Assembly (NCBI RefSeq): GCF_006345805.1
Contig: NC_043025.1
Span: forward strand, 6,262,001-6,326,000
Direction: 5' to 3'
From: Octopus sinensis
Lineage: Eukaryota
DNA length: 64,000 bases
The translations under genes were made by a program, and so were the position numbers. The notes below the pieces were generated by a model. That model made no database searches. It was not told where the DNA came from and saw only the letters and a list, made by a program, of their open reading frames with translations. Shown piece by piece: positions 37,891 to 51,065 of this stretch; positions within the stretch are counted from its first letter, which is position 1, and each line of letters begins with the position of its first letter.

Positions 37891-38874
37891 TCTATATACA
37901 CTCATACATAAACATATAACCTATATATACAAACAAACACACCCATACACAGACTTTTATATAGTTTCCGTCTATCTGCTCTAGCCAAAGCATTGGTCAG
38001 GGCTTGGGGGGTCTATAGTAGAAAATAACCGGAGAACTTTAAATCTTTGTGCTAAAACTGTTTTGAAACTATTTGTGGGGAAGAAAGAAAAAAAAGAATC
38101 AAAGACGTTCTAGCTGTGACCTTCTCTGTTAAGTTCTTAGTCAGCCCCGTAATTAAAGCACTGAGGTCGTGACCATCGTGTCAATATGTGTTCATCATCA
38201 TCATCATTTAACGTCCGCTTCCCATGCTGGCATGGGTTGGACGATTCAACTGGGGTCTGGGAAGCCAGGAGGCTGCACCAGGCCCAGTCTGATCTGGCAG
38301 TGTTTCTACAGCTGGATGCCCTTCCTAATGCCAACAACTCCATGAGTATAGTGGGTGCTTTTTACGTGCCACCAGCACAGGTGCCAGACGGGGCTGGCAG
38401 ACGGCCACGATCGGATGGTGCTTTTTACGTGCAACCAGCACGGGGACCAGACGAAGCTGGCAACGGCCACGGTCGGATGGTGTTGTATATTTATAACTAC
38501 TTTATGTATCCGTTCTTTTTCATGACATTAAGTAAGGTGTTAATTGAGGGCACTTTAGTTGTTATATGTAAGAAGAGTTAGTTTGCCATATTTTTTCTTT
38601 CAATTTTTGAGTTTTTCTTACATTTCATATTTTCCCGCGTGAATTACATGACAGTAAATCCCAGCACTTGAAATACCGAAACGAAAACGATAGTGGCCAC
38701 TGCTGTTGGAATTTAAATGGATTAATGCAGGGGTCGGAGAACTTTTTTTAACCAATTACCCCAAAATATATTTATTTACGGTGATGTTACCCCCTTCATT
38801 TGAAAGGAAGAAAATCATAGATTCTTTGAATTCGAAAGGTTCATTGACTCTATTTATATGGAGAATACAATCTA

Positions 38875-39250
38875 TCATCATCATCATCATCATCATCATC
38901 GTTTAACGTCCGCTTTCCATGCTAGCATGGGTTGAACGGTTCAACTGGGGTCTGGCAAGCCCGAAGGCTACATCAGGCCAGTCAGATCTGGCAGTGTTTC
39001 TACAGCTGGATGCCCTTCCTAACGCCAACCACTCCGAGAGTGTAGTGGGTGATTTTATGTGCCACCGACACAGGTGCCAGACGAGGCTGGCTGACGGCCA
39101 CACTCGGATGGTGTTTTTTATGTGCCACCGACACAGGTGCCAGACGAGGCTGGCAGACGGCCACGCTCGGATGGTGTTTTTTATGTGCCACCGACACAGG
39201 TGCCAGACGAGGCTGGCGAACGGCTACGATCGGATGTTGTTTGTTACGTG
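38875..39250 (-). mobile_element. SINE-like family 3 with (GAT)n tail and internal ~58-bp subrepeats
   Basis: catcatcgtttaacgtccgctttccatgctagcatgggt...ctggatgcccttcctaacgccaacc; further copies at ~10490-10742, 20820-21310, 23580-23850, 25055-25245, 26640-26845, 38190-38485, 47750-48225. The tail resembles the RTE tails in this window. Confidence 0.75.
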
Positions 39251-39516
39251 ATATATAAAGATGAGAATGCGTATCTGTGTGTGTGAATCCCTAAAACTCG
39301 AGAATTACCCAACTGATTTCATTCACATGCCTTACGGTCTGTGCAACGTCATAGGCCCCAAAAATTTTCAACGTTGTACCTAATGCGAGCCCACAGTAAT
39401 CTCTTACACTAATTCGGGATTACATGTCAAATGTGAAACAATAATATCTCTCTATTGCAATGTGAGATACTTTCACTATTATAGTGAAATTATTACCTCA
39501 GATATATATATATATA

Positions 39517-39907
39517 GGCGCAGGAGTGGCTGTGTGGTAAGTAGCTTGCTAACCAACCACATGGTTCCAGGTTCAGTCCCACTGCGTGGCACCTTGGGCA
39601 AGTGTCTTCTGCTATAGCCCCGGGCCGACCAATGCCTTGTGAGTGGATTTGGTAGACGGAAACTGAAAGAAGCCTGTCGTATATGTGTATGTATATATAT
39701 GTATGTGTGTGTCTGTGTTTGTCCCCCTAGTATTGCTTGACAACCGATGCTGGTGTGTTTATGTCCCCGTTACTTAGCGGTTCGGCGAAAGAGACCGATA
39801 GAATAAGTACTGGGCTTACAAAGAATAAGCCCCGGGGTCGATTTGCTCGACTAAAGGCGGTGCTCCAGCATGGCCGCAGTCCAATGACTGAAACAAGTAA
39901 AAGAGTA
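39517..39907 (+). mobile_element. tRNA-derived CORE-type SINE (family 1), representative full-length copy; roughly 19 copies or fragments in the window
   Basis: A/B-box-like head ggcgcaggagtggctgtgtggtaag...gggttcagtccc, CORE-like accttgggcaagtgtctt, internal microsatellite, (TAAAAGAG)n tail. Others at 12268, 21715, 22228, 24413, 25849, 27945, 29726, 30155, 31524, 33103, 35248, 54845, 55960. Confidence 0.85.
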
Positions 39908-41359
39908 TATGCATACATACATATTTGGCATAAACACTCCACCACTATTACTAATAACTGTTGGGAACCCTTTCAGACCTGTCCTACATTCGAACCGGAA
40001 TCTCAAAAACATTGTCCCCTTACATCTCATTCTCATTTCATTCCCACCTCAGGGAAATAAAACTTAGTTTTCACTACGGGACAATGGAAGATGGTAACAT
40101 ATTTACCACATGACCCCAAAAGGATGAAAGGCGAAGTCAACCTCGGCGGAATTTGAACTCAGAACGTAGTGGCAGATGAAATAGCGCTGGGCGAAATGCT
40201 TAGCGGTATTTCGTCTGCCGCTACGTTCTGAGTTCAAATTCCGCCGAGGTCGACTTTGCCTTTCATCCTTTCGGGGTCGATAAATTAAGTACCAGTTACG
40301 CACTGGGGTCGATATAATCAACTTAATCTGTTTGTCTGTCCTTGTTTGTCCTCTCTGTGTTTAGCCCCCTGTGGGTAGTAAAGAAATAGATATTTACCAC
40401 ATGCTACATTCTCAAGTGAAGTATATTGTCATCCACCTTCACCTCTAACCTTCCTAGCATACGGAGAGTTCAAACAACCCCATATCACTATAGCGCCACT
40501 GATACCTTCATCCTTCTAGCTGTCTGCTTTCTTATAAATGCGACAGAATTCATTTCCCGCCAAATAACATCCTGAATGCAATTCATAATCACTCTGTCCT
40601 TTTCTCTTGTCTTCTCTTTCACAACATTGCTCTATCAAAGCAATCGGGACCCCCTTCAATCATGACACTGACCATGGGATTGCACCTAGAAACTTAGCCT
40701 CCCAGGCACAAGTCAGAGCAAGGTGGTTTATGGAAGACCAGCAGTCGCCCATGCATACCGGCCTCCCCTCTCCACACCACCGATGTTATCTAAGGGAAAA
40801 GCAAAGGGGCCGATACAGCTTGGCACCAGTGACATTGCAACTCACTTTTACAGATGAGTGAACTGGAGCAACGTGAAATAAAGTGTCTTGCTCAAGAACA
40901 CAACACGCAGCCCGGTCCAGGATTCGAACTCACAACCTCACGATCATAAGCTCAACGCTCTAACCACTGAGCCATGTGCCTTCACATCAAAGCAATACTG
41001 ATCAACTAAAGCACATTCATTCATTTTCCTGATTTCGGTACGTAACCTTTCTCCTTTGTAAATTGTGACAATATGAAACATTTCACTGCTATTTCTACCA
41101 CACACTGCTACCACGTAATGGCTTCTCGCGAATACCTGTTCAGTGGTAGCATGACGTGTTACAAATACCAACCAAGTCGGTCAATGTTTGCAAGTACACC
41201 TGCATATCAACTCCAAACACTTTTCTTTCTTTTCCAGCGGATTCATATGTTTTCCATCACGGACATTCCAATTATGCAAAAATAATACCTTTCATTTTCA
41301 ATTCCCTGTCCCTACTCCTAATTTTTACATTTTCACTTCTTTCAAAATAATTCCATACT

Positions 41360-42195
41360 TCTTCCCTAATGCAGGTGCCAAGAAATCTTTTACATTTCTT
41401 CAGTCAATTTCTTACATTTTCAATTCTTTTCAATTTCCTACATTAAGAATAGGGGAACAGGGTACTTGATACCAAGCAAAAACACTCCCACTTCTTTCAG
41501 TTTTCCTAATGCGGGTGCCAAGCAATCTTTTACATTTCTTCAGGCAATTTCTTACATTAAGAATAGGGGAACAGGGTACTTGATACCGAGCGAAAACACT
41601 CCCACTTCTTTCAGTTTTCCTAATGCGGGTGCCAAGCAATCTTTTACATTTCTTCAGGCAATTTCTTACATTAAGAATAGGGAAACAGGGTACTTGATAC
41701 CGAGCGAAAACACTCCCACTTCTTTCAGTTTTCCTAATGCGGGTGCCAAGCAATCTTTTACATTTCTTCAGGCAATTTCTTACATTAAGAATAGGGGAAC
41801 AGGGTACTTGATACCGAGCGAAAACACTCCCACTTCTTTCAGTTTTCCTAATGCGGGTGCCAAGCAATCTTTTACATTTCTTCAGGCAATTTCTTACATT
41901 AAGAATAGGGGAACAGGGTACTTGATACCGAGCGAAAACACTCCCACTTCTTTCAGTTTTCCTAATGCGGGTGCCAAGCAATCTTTTACATTTCTTCAGG
42001 CAATTTCTTACATTAAGAATAGGGGAACAGGGTACTTGATACCGAGCAAAAACACTCCCACTTCTTTCAGTTTTCCTAATGCGGGTGCCAAGCAATCTTT
42101 TACATTTCTTCAGGCAATTTCTTACATTAAGAATAGGGGAACAGGGTACTTGATACCGAGCAAAAACACTCTCACTTCTTTCAGTTTTCCTTACT
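41360..42195. repeat. 114-bp minisatellite, about 7 units
   Basis: agcaatc at 41521 and 41635 gives the period; the 38-aa repeat in the ORF track agrees. Confidence 0.92.
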
Positions 42196-43049
42196 GAAAT
42201 GCATGCCAATGCATGCATTAAAATTTCATGTGTCTGTTTTTGCTTCTTCTTTAATGTGGACCTGCAGACCTACCAACTTACCTTTAACCATTCCTACACT
42301 CACATGCGCATCAACGGCAATTTCTGCCCCACCAGCACCCCTAAACAAACCTAAGCAACTCATCCACTTGCTCTTTCATTAACCCTTTTGTTACCTAACC
42401 CTAACCCTGGCTGAAACAGGCCCTGGCTCTGTAGTACAAATGTCTTGTTTTCATAAGTTTTGAATTAAAATCTTCCACCAAACCTTAGTCACAATTAATG
42501 CTCCTAACACTAGCTGAATGATAACTTAGTTATTTTACTAAATTCTTTGCTATATTTAAAATTAATTGAAAGAAACACAGAGCATCTCAACAGAAATACG
42601 GTAACAAAAGGGTTCAAGTCACCATGATATTTTTAACCCTTTTGATACCAACTTGGTTGAAACCACCCCTGGCTCTGTAGTACAAATGTCTTGTTTTCAT
42701 AAGTTTTGAATTAAAATCTTCAACCAAACCTTAGTCACAATTTATGTTCCTAACACTAGCTGAATGATAACTAAGTTATTTTACTAAATTCTTTATTATC
42801 TTTAAAGTAATTGAAAGAAACACAGAGCATCTCAACAGAAATACAGTAACAAAAGGGTTAACCCTTTCTCTATCCAATCTATACGACAGAGCAGCCATAC
42901 ATTGACAAACAACACCCAAAATTCATGTCCACACAAACGACAACATTCCCAACACAATTCATAAACAATTTCTCCTTTGCTCTTACCATTTCCCTCGCCT
43001 TGCCTTTCACAGTGCGTCCATGCTGCCAACAAAGCACGCGGAGTTCTGT

Positions 43050-43640
43050 TCTTGATTTGACGGTCATTCGGAATGCTCACAGCAGCCATATTCCTACCGC
43101 TCTATGTCACACTGGTGAGACCCATATTGGAGTACGGGATTCAAGCCTCTTCTCCTTATCTCCTCAAAGACATACAGCATCTCGAAAGAGTCCAGAAGCT
43201 GGCTACCCGCATGGTTCTTGGTCTCAAGAATTTGTCTGATGAAGAAAGGCTGAAGACGCTCGACCTTTATTCTCTAGAAAAACGCCGCTGCCGTGGTGAT
43301 CTCATTCTTGGTCACAACATCATAAGTGGAAAGTGTAACCTTTCGAAAGAGCTGTTCTTCACTCCTGCTCCAGAGCGTCGGCTGTGGGGTCATTCCGAAA
43401 AGCTCTACCTGCGACGATTTCATCTCAATCGAAGGAGAGGAGCTTTCTCCGTCCGGGTTGCGGATCCGTGGAACAAGCTGCCAGACGAGATAGTGAAGAT
43501 GCCGACGACCGCTTTGTTCAAAGCCTCCCTGGACCTCAAGTGGCCTGAACTCTTTACATGAACACCCTCCCTGTACATAACTCCATGTCCCCCTACATGG
43601 CCTTGCTTTTTGAGCCAAAAAATTAACTAACTAACTAACA
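43050..43640 (+). mobile_element. CR1/L2-clade LINE, 5'-truncated ORF2 C-terminus with (AACT)n tail
   Basis: LYVTLVRPILEYGIQASSPYLLKDIQHLERVQKLATRMV...YSLEKRRCRGDLI...FSVRVADPWNKLP, typical of the CR1 post-RT region; tail aattaactaactaactaac. Confidence 0.9.
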
Positions 43641-43835
43641 ACTGTTTCCATTCTCATTTTCATGTCCTAACACTAACATCATCTGATTTCACACATTTAC
43701 CGTTCTATTACCTTTTCATTATTACCACAGCACTTGCAAGTTTTCAACTGCTCTACAGTTGCATGCTAACCCTTCAAATAATATTTCATACTCCACAGTG
43801 TATCTCACTGCATTTCATCATGCTTCTTTTAGATC

Positions 43836-46800
43836 ATGCCCCGAAGGAAGGCTTCTTCAATTGGACGCAAAACTGCAAGATCCTCAGCAAGGAGGGCCAA
43901 TGAATCGTCAGTGGAAACTGACATTAGACAATCCCAAAATGCTGAACATACAGCCACTTCAAGAGCACTCCAAACAGATCACTAGGGTACACTTCGACGA
44001 ACTGTTGATGTTGCCTCAACTGCTGCTGCATGAGCTGCAGAGAAGAAAAACGAATGCGCTCAGGAATGCAGCCAGCCTGGCTGCTGCGCGAGCTTCCCAC
44101 ACCTTACAACAGAGGTATACCATTTCTGCAGACTTCCATTCAACAAAGAGCTCATAGACGAGGATTTTCAACGCCACGATGGTTATTAAAGGCTTTCCAC
44201 TGCAACCCTAACCTTCGTTATGATTGCCACCCAGATATGAACATTGGAGATATGTCCATCATTTGCTCTTTCTGCAAAGCTAAGAAGTGGTCAAGAGAAA
44301 CTCCTGCGATGTGTTGTGCTAATGGAAAAGTTAACCCCACTCCACTGCAGGATCCACCACAGCTCTTAAAGTCACTCTACGCTGGCACAACTACAGAGTC
44401 GAAACATTTCCTGAATAACATCTGGAAGTACAATTGTGCATTCCATATGACATCTTTCGGCGCTAATGTTGTTCAAGAAAGCGGGTTTATGCCAACTTTC
44501 AAAGTGCAGGGACAGATTTACCATTGGATAGGATCGCTCCAACCTGCTGAAAATCAAGATCCTCAATTTTTTTAACTGTACTTTGTAGGTAATTTACATG
44601 AACAGGCCACCCGACGAAACCCCATTTCCATTGGTACTAACTTTCACTTGATAATGCAACTGCACAACTGCAAGACCTTTTGCACCAGGAAAACAGCTAT
44701 GTATGCAGCTTCAAGTATACCTTGGAAACAGAAGATTCATTAAATTTTAATGTTGTCATTGATGCCCAGAAAAGACCATCCAGGGAACATGCAGGCCGTT
44801 ACAATGCACCCACATGCAATGAAATGTCTGTACCCCTTCACGGTGAACAGCACAATCCCAGAGACATTGTCCTCAGCCGACGTGACACCACCCTCCAACG
44901 AAATAGTGAAACACACCGATTATACGATTCACTCCAATACCCACTTCTGTTTGTTAACGGTGAGGATGGCTACCACATCGATATAGCACTGCAAGATCCC
45001 CCAATTTGTAATGAACATCTCAACAAGCCAATGTCCTGCATGGACTTCTACTCATACTTCCACTTCGCCAATGACACCCTGCCATTCAACAGCTTGCAGT
45101 GCACCTGGAAAACGGTCAAAGAGTGTACTTCACCGATGCTAATGCTTCTCTGTTGTCAGAGGAACCAAGGGATAGCACACTCACTGCATTCTTCAAGCTT
45201 TGTCAAGTGTATCCATTCGCTCAAACTTTGCTGTATCCACAGATTCCATCGTACTACACTTGGAATGGAAAAAAAAATGGGCCCCACGGAAAGCAGGTCA
45301 AAATGTTCATGGATACCCTGGCATTAAGTTTCACACTTGCCTTGGGCGAGTATACACAGTGCATCCCACTCAACAAGAGTGCTTCTACCTCCGTCTACTA
45401 CTGCATGAGGTCAGAGCGCCAACGTCTTTCCAGGCCCTAAAAACCGTTCTTGGACATGTCTGCACAACATACAGAGAAGCCTGCTATCGACAAGGTCTGT
45501 TAGAAGATGGTGCACAATGGGATGCAACTTTGGGAGAGGCTGCTTTATCAGAATCACCTCAAAGTCTCAGGGTCACTATTTGCAGTATTACTACAAACAT
45601 GTGAGCTGTATGATTCTGCCACTCTATGGCTCAAATACAGAGACAACCCGGCTGAAGACTTTCGGTGCCAAGCTCAACTGCTCTATCCTGACATGGAGGG
45701 TATCAGCAATGAAGTCTATAACAAAACTCTCATTGACATTGAAGGCAGAATTACTAAACTGGGTGGAAATGAATTGTCCCCGTATGGCCTGCCGCAAACA
45801 TTCAGGTCAGGGTCAAATAGCCTTCCCACTGCTGTCATTCGTGAAACAACCTACGACACTCAAGCGCTTTCAAAGTTCATTGTTGAAAATGAGCCTAAAT
45901 TACTTCTGGACCAGCTGCAGGCCTACAGAACTATTCTTAACAGTGCATGCCAATGCGAGGGACAAATCTTCTTCCTCGATGCTCCTGGAGGGACAGGAAA
46001 AGCATTTATTACAAAGCTTCTCCTTGCAGAAGTTAGGTAGCATCAGGACGTTGCAGTAGCTGTAGCATCCTCTGGCATTGCAGCTACTTTGTTACCCGGT
46101 GGCAGGACAGCACACTCAACGTTTAAACTTCCTCTCAATTTAGCAGCATCCGAGATGCCTTCATGCAACATCAACAGAAGCTCAGATCAGGGGCAAGTAC
46201 TTAAAATGTGTCATCTAATTGTCTGGGATGAGTGCACCATGGCTCACAAGGGAGCTTTGGAAACATTAGATAGAGCCCTGAAAGACATCCGAGACTGTCA
46301 GGCTCCAATGGGAGGTGTAACGCTTCTGTTGTCAGGTGATTTCAGGTAAACTTTCCCTGTCGTTCCGAAAGGCACTAGAGCTGATGAAGTTCAAGCATGC
46401 CTAAAGTTCTCTACCCTGTGGCATCATATTACGATCCTCAGTCCTACCACTAATATGAGAGCTTAGCTACATGGCAACCAAATGTCCATAAAGGTTGCAC
46501 AGGACATTTTGACACTTGGTGAAGGCAGGATGCCTCTCGATGCTGCAGGACAAATGGAAGTGTAGCCATTTTCCTTTGTTGTTAATTCCGTAGATGAGCT
46601 CAAACAAAAAGTCTTTCCCAACTTCACAGAAAACTACTAAAATCACAATTGGCTGTGCAAAAGAGCAATATTACGAGGGGCGTTCAATAAGTAATGCCCC
46701 TGACCCACTTCCCATAGGAGTAGAGCAACGAAACTTGGCACAGTTATTAGTCTTTTTCTACATAGGAACCACCCAGAGTTACGCATTTCTCCCATCGTTT

Positions 46801-47641
46801 GCTGCGGCTCTGGAGACCGTTTTTGTAGAAGAACCCAGCTTGGTCCTCCAACCTGAACGTGACTTCAGAAATCAAGGCTGCATCATCTGGGAAACGCTTT
46901 CCTTTCAAAAACAACTTCATGATTGGGAAGAGGTAAAAATCAGAGGGTGCAAGGGGAGGAGTTCATAGCTGCACGCCTGTGCTTCTGATCTGGCGACAAG
47001 CGAGTTGTGGACCGGAGCGTTGTCCTGCAGGAGGAGGATGCCTTTGCTGATCTTGCCCTGCCTCTTGATTTTGATAACTTCTCTTAATTTCCTCAAAACG
47101 TCGCTGTTAACAAAATTAATCAACAGCTAATGCATTCTCTTCCCGGCACTATACACACTTACAAGTCTGTTGATACAATTCCCGATATAAATGAAATTGT
47201 GAACTATCCTCTTGAATTTCTCAATTCATTGGAGCCTCCTGAACTACCTCCGCACATATTAGCACTTAAAGTTGGAACTCCTGTAATGCTACTCCGCAAT
47301 CTGGAACCACCAAGACTTTGCAATGGAACACGACTGGTGATAAAGAAAACGATGTCACACGTTATCGAGGCAATAATTTTTTCTGGATGTGGAAAAGGTG
47401 ATGACTTCTTTATTCCAAGAATTCCTCTCGCTCCATCAGACGACTGCAATTCCTCCTTCGTGTCAGCTTTGCCATGTCCATTAACAAATCTCAGTGTCAA
47501 ACCCTCTCAGTAGCTGGTCTTCTCTTGGAAGAGCCCTGCTTCTCGCATGGACAACTGTATGTTGGGTGCTCAAGAATGGAAAGCGAAAGAAGCCTCTTTG
47601 TATATGCTCCACAAGGAACATTGTTTACGATGAGGTGTTAT
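43836..47641 (+). mobile_element. Degenerate Helitron RepHel pseudogene (PIF1-like helicase present, Rep core deleted)
   Basis: MPRRKASSIGRKT, CSFCKAKKWSRETPAMCCANGKV, GQIYHWIGSL, GRYNAPT, YDSLQYPLLF, VHLENGQRVYF, FLDAPGGTGK (Walker A), GRTAHSTFKLP, IVWDEC (Walker B), LLLSGDFR, MLLRNL..LCNGTRL, SINKSQ.QTL, HGQLYVGCSR; many stops and frameshifts. Confidence 0.93.
46674..47100 (-). mobile_element. Mariner 3' fragment nested in the Helitron helicase region
   Basis: TIR ta|cgaggggcgttcaataagtaatgc; minus-strand KGILLLQDNAPVH...PSDFYLFP...KRWEKCVTLGGSYVEKD*. The Helitron frame WLCKRAIL resumes as AVNKINQQL after it. Confidence 0.88.
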
Positions 47642-48239
47642 AATCACAACAGCCAGGAGGTATGTACATGGTCCCCTTCTTTTTACCAAACTTCATGTAC
47701 TTTCATGCATTTATATTGATATACATATGTGTGTGTGTGTGTATCATGAGAGCCTCCTCTGGCCCCTGTGCCGGTGGCACGTAAAAAACACCCACTACAC
47801 TCACAAAGTGGTTGGCATTAGGAAGGGCATCCAGCTGTAGAAACATTGCCAGATCAGACCAGACTGGAGCCTGGTGCATCCTCCTGGCTTCCCAGACCCC
47901 GGTCGAACTGTCCAACCCATGCTAGCATGGAAAACGGATGTTAAATGATGGTGATGGCTTTTTTTTTTTTTTGCCGGTGACACGTAAAAGCACCATCCGT
48001 TCGTGGCCGTTTGCCAGCTTTGTCTGACACCTGTGCGGGTGACACGTAAAAAGCACCCACTACACTCACGGAGTGGTTGGCGTTAGAAAGGGCATCCAGC
48101 CGTAGAAACACTGCCAGATCTGACTGGGCCTGATGAAGCCTTCCAGCTTCACAGACCCCAGTTGAACCGTCCAATCCATGCTAGCATGGAGAACGGACGC
48201 TAAATGATGATGATGATGATGATGATATATATATATATA

Positions 48240-48486
48240 TACTTTATTTAAAGCAGCAGAAAATTCAACAAAACCTGTTACTCTGAGTTTCCCGTTGCCG
48301 TTCATCGGACAGTTTTTCAAGCAAAAGAAGCCGCTTCTAGCAAAAACTGTCCGACGAACGGCAACGGGAAACTCAGAGTAACAGGTTTTGTTGAATTTTC
48401 TGCTGCTTTAAATAAAGCATATTACTCTACCACTGGTATTTGAGTACTCTTTTTTCCACCTTGTTTCACATTTATGTGTTTACTCC

Positions 48487-48523
<37 letters not shown>

Positions 48524-48856
48524 TATTCTAGCAAAAACTGTCCGACGAACCGGAACGTGAAACTCAGAGTAACAGGTTTTGTTGAATTTTTTGCTGCTTT
48601 AAATAAAGCATATTACTCTACCACGGGTATTTGAGTACTCTTTTTTCCACCTTGTTTCACATTTATGTGTTTACTCCGGTATATATATATATATATATAT
48701 TCTATTCTAGCAAAAACTGTCCGACGAACGGAAACGTGAAACTCAGAGTAACAGGTTTTGTTGAATTTTCTGCTGCTTTAAATAAAGTATATTGCTCTAC
48801 CACTGGTATTTGAGTACTCTTTCTTCCACCTTGTTTCACATTTATGTGTTTACTCC

Positions 48857-48860
<4 letters not shown>
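48240..48860 (+). mobile_element. Three tandem ~190-bp units plus an inverted partial unit, resembling Penelope-like pseudo-LTRs
   Basis: Units at ~48335, 48525 and 48703; inverted partial copy at 48240-48317; each carries a hammerhead-like motif. Confidence 0.65.
48717..48754 (+). ncRNA. Minimal type I hammerhead-ribozyme-like motif (best of four copies)
   Basis: CUGU-CCGACGA-ACG-GAAA-CGU-GAAA-CUC-A-GAG-UA-ACAG: stem I, core, GNRA-capped stem II, GAAA, palindromic stem III and a GUA cleavage triplet. The core has C at conserved U4. Confidence 0.6.
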
Positions 48861-48900
<40 letters not shown>

Positions 48901-50179
48901 TTGCTTGACAACTAATGTTGGTATCTTTATGTCTTCATAAATTAGCAGCTTCACAAAAGAGACTGGATAGAAGGAGTACTTGGGGGTCAATTCATTTGAC
49001 TAAAGGCAAAGCTCCACTAACGCCTCACTCAAATATTTTAAACAAGTAAAAGTTCCATTTTGTAGACATCAGGGGCGTGCACTCTCAGCTATGCGCTGCA
49101 TGCCTTCTTTGTTTCAAAGAAAATACGTCCAGTTGTTTTAGAAATATTGTCTCCCCTTCGTACATCTGCTTTGATAAATGCTTTTAGAAGATCGCATGAT
49201 ACACACTCCCTCTCTGTCTGTATTAGTTTGTCCTTCCTTCCTCTCTCTCTCTCTCTTAGTGGCTCGATAAATTTATCGCTTGTCATGTGTTGGGAAGACC
49301 GCATGAGACCCCCTCTCTCTCTCTCTTTGTTAGTTTGTCCCTCCTTCCTCTCTCTCTTAGTGACTTATTTAAAAGATATGCTAGGAGGAATGGTCACCCC
49401 CTTCTCTCTCAGTGATTCGAGAAATTCAGATATTTGAATAAATTTAAATACCTGTCAAATGGTGGTTTGGGTTTCAGTTCCTTCCCGGTCTAAAAATGAT
49501 TTTTTTTTTGTTATTAACTGGAATTGATTTAAATATCTTTATTTTTTTACCCCTTAACATTGTTACTGCTTTGTCTGTGAAAAGGTGGTTTGGGTTTCAA
49601 TTCCTTCCCAGTCTAAAAAAGTTTTTTTCGAGAATTCTATCTTTGAATCATTTTGGAATCCATTTTGTTTTTTTGTTTTTCTAGTTAATTATAATTAATT
49701 TTTGTTTATTTTCAGATCATTAAAATGGGATGTCAAGTTAAGAAAAACGAGCATTTTCAACACCTGCTTCTTTTTGCTTTTAATCAAGGTTCTAAGGGTG
49801 CAAAAGCTGCTTGCTACATTTGTGCCGTGTATGGAGTGGGTGCCATAGCTGAAAGAACTGCACCCAACACCAGAGCAGAAGACACCTCCGCTAGAGGAAT
49901 AGGGGCCGAAAGTGGACGTGGTTCCTCCTGATGATGTCTTGAGCTAACTGGATCCTATAAAGGAGCTGTTGTGGTAGCAGACCACGAAGCACGGTTGTAA
50001 TTCCTCCTTTAACTCACCCCCACCACTCCACTGCTCTTGAAATTCCTTTATCTGCAAGGACATCCAAACAGATCCCTAATTTGGGAGAGCAAACAAACAG
50101 AGATACATAAAACCATTTTCTGTGATCGGTTATTGATCTTCAGCTAGGATAGGTTTAAATATCTCATTTTTTCACTCTA

Positions 50180-51065
50180 TTTCTGTGGTTTGGGTTTCAA
50201 TTCCTTCCCAGTCAAAAAGTAATTTTTTTTTTTTGTTATTAACTGAAATAAATTGAAATATCTTTATTTTTACCCATAAACATTGTTGCTGCTTTGTCTG
50301 TTAAATGGTGGTTGGGTTTCAATTCCTTCCCAGTCAAGTAATTTTTTTTTTGTTATTAACTGAAATAAATGAAATATCTTTCTTTTTACCCCTAAACATT
50401 GTTGCTGCTTTGTCTGTTAAATGGTGGTTTGGGTTTCAATTCCTTCCCAGTCAAAAAGTAATTTTTTTTTTTTGTTATTAACTGAAATAAATTGAAATAT
50501 CTTTCTTTTTACCCATAAACATTGTTGCTGCTTTGTCTGTTAAATGGTGGTTTGGGTTTCAATTCCTTCCCAGTCAAAAAGTAATTTTTTTTTTTGTTAT
50601 TAACTGAAATAAATTGAAATATCTTTATTTTTACCCATAAACATTGTTGCTGCTTTGTCTGTTAAATGGTGGTTTGGGTTTCAATTCCTTCCCAGTCAAA
50701 AAGTAATTTTTTTTTTGTTATTAACTGAAATAAATTGAAATATCTTTTTTTTACCCCTTAACATTGTTGCTGTTTTGTCTGTTAAATGGTGGTTTGGGTT
50801 TCAATTCCTTCCCAGTCAAAAAGTAATTTTTTTTTGTCATTAACTGAAATAAATTGAAATATCTTTTTTTTACCCCTAAACATTGTTGCTGTTTTGTCTG
50901 TTAAATGGTGGTTTGGGTTTCAATTCCTTCCCAGTCAAAAAGTAATTTTTTTTTTTGTTATTAACTGAAATAAATTGAAATATCTTTATTTTCCCCTTAA
51001 CATTGTTGTTGCTTTGTCTGTTAAATGGTGGTTTGGGTTTCAATTCCTACCCAGTCTAAAAATTA
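50180..51065. repeat. ~120-bp tandem array, about 7 units (about 4 units in the mirrored arm at 53085-53480)
   Basis: ttgtctgttaaatggtggtttgggtttcaattccttcccagtcaaaaagtaa... repeated. Confidence 0.9.

Noticed and set aside
36526-37984. 398-461 aa ORFs, the longest in the track
   Set aside because: Pure (TATC)n translation (YLSI repeats).
39517-39590. tRNA genes at SINE heads
   Set aside because: A/B-box-like motifs run straight into SINE bodies present in many diverged copies; no full cloverleaf is evident.
42395-42411. TAACCC telomere-like repeats (also ~6338)
   Set aside because: Only two units each; expected by chance or within a MITE end.
43836-47641. Host PIF1 helicase gene
   Set aside because: No introns, Helitron Rep-associated motifs upstream, and many stops and frameshifts.
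49725-49931. 68-aa ORF duplicated at 53731-53937 as a host gene
   Set aside because: A truncated mariner HTH running into unrelated sequence; the identity reflects the palindrome.
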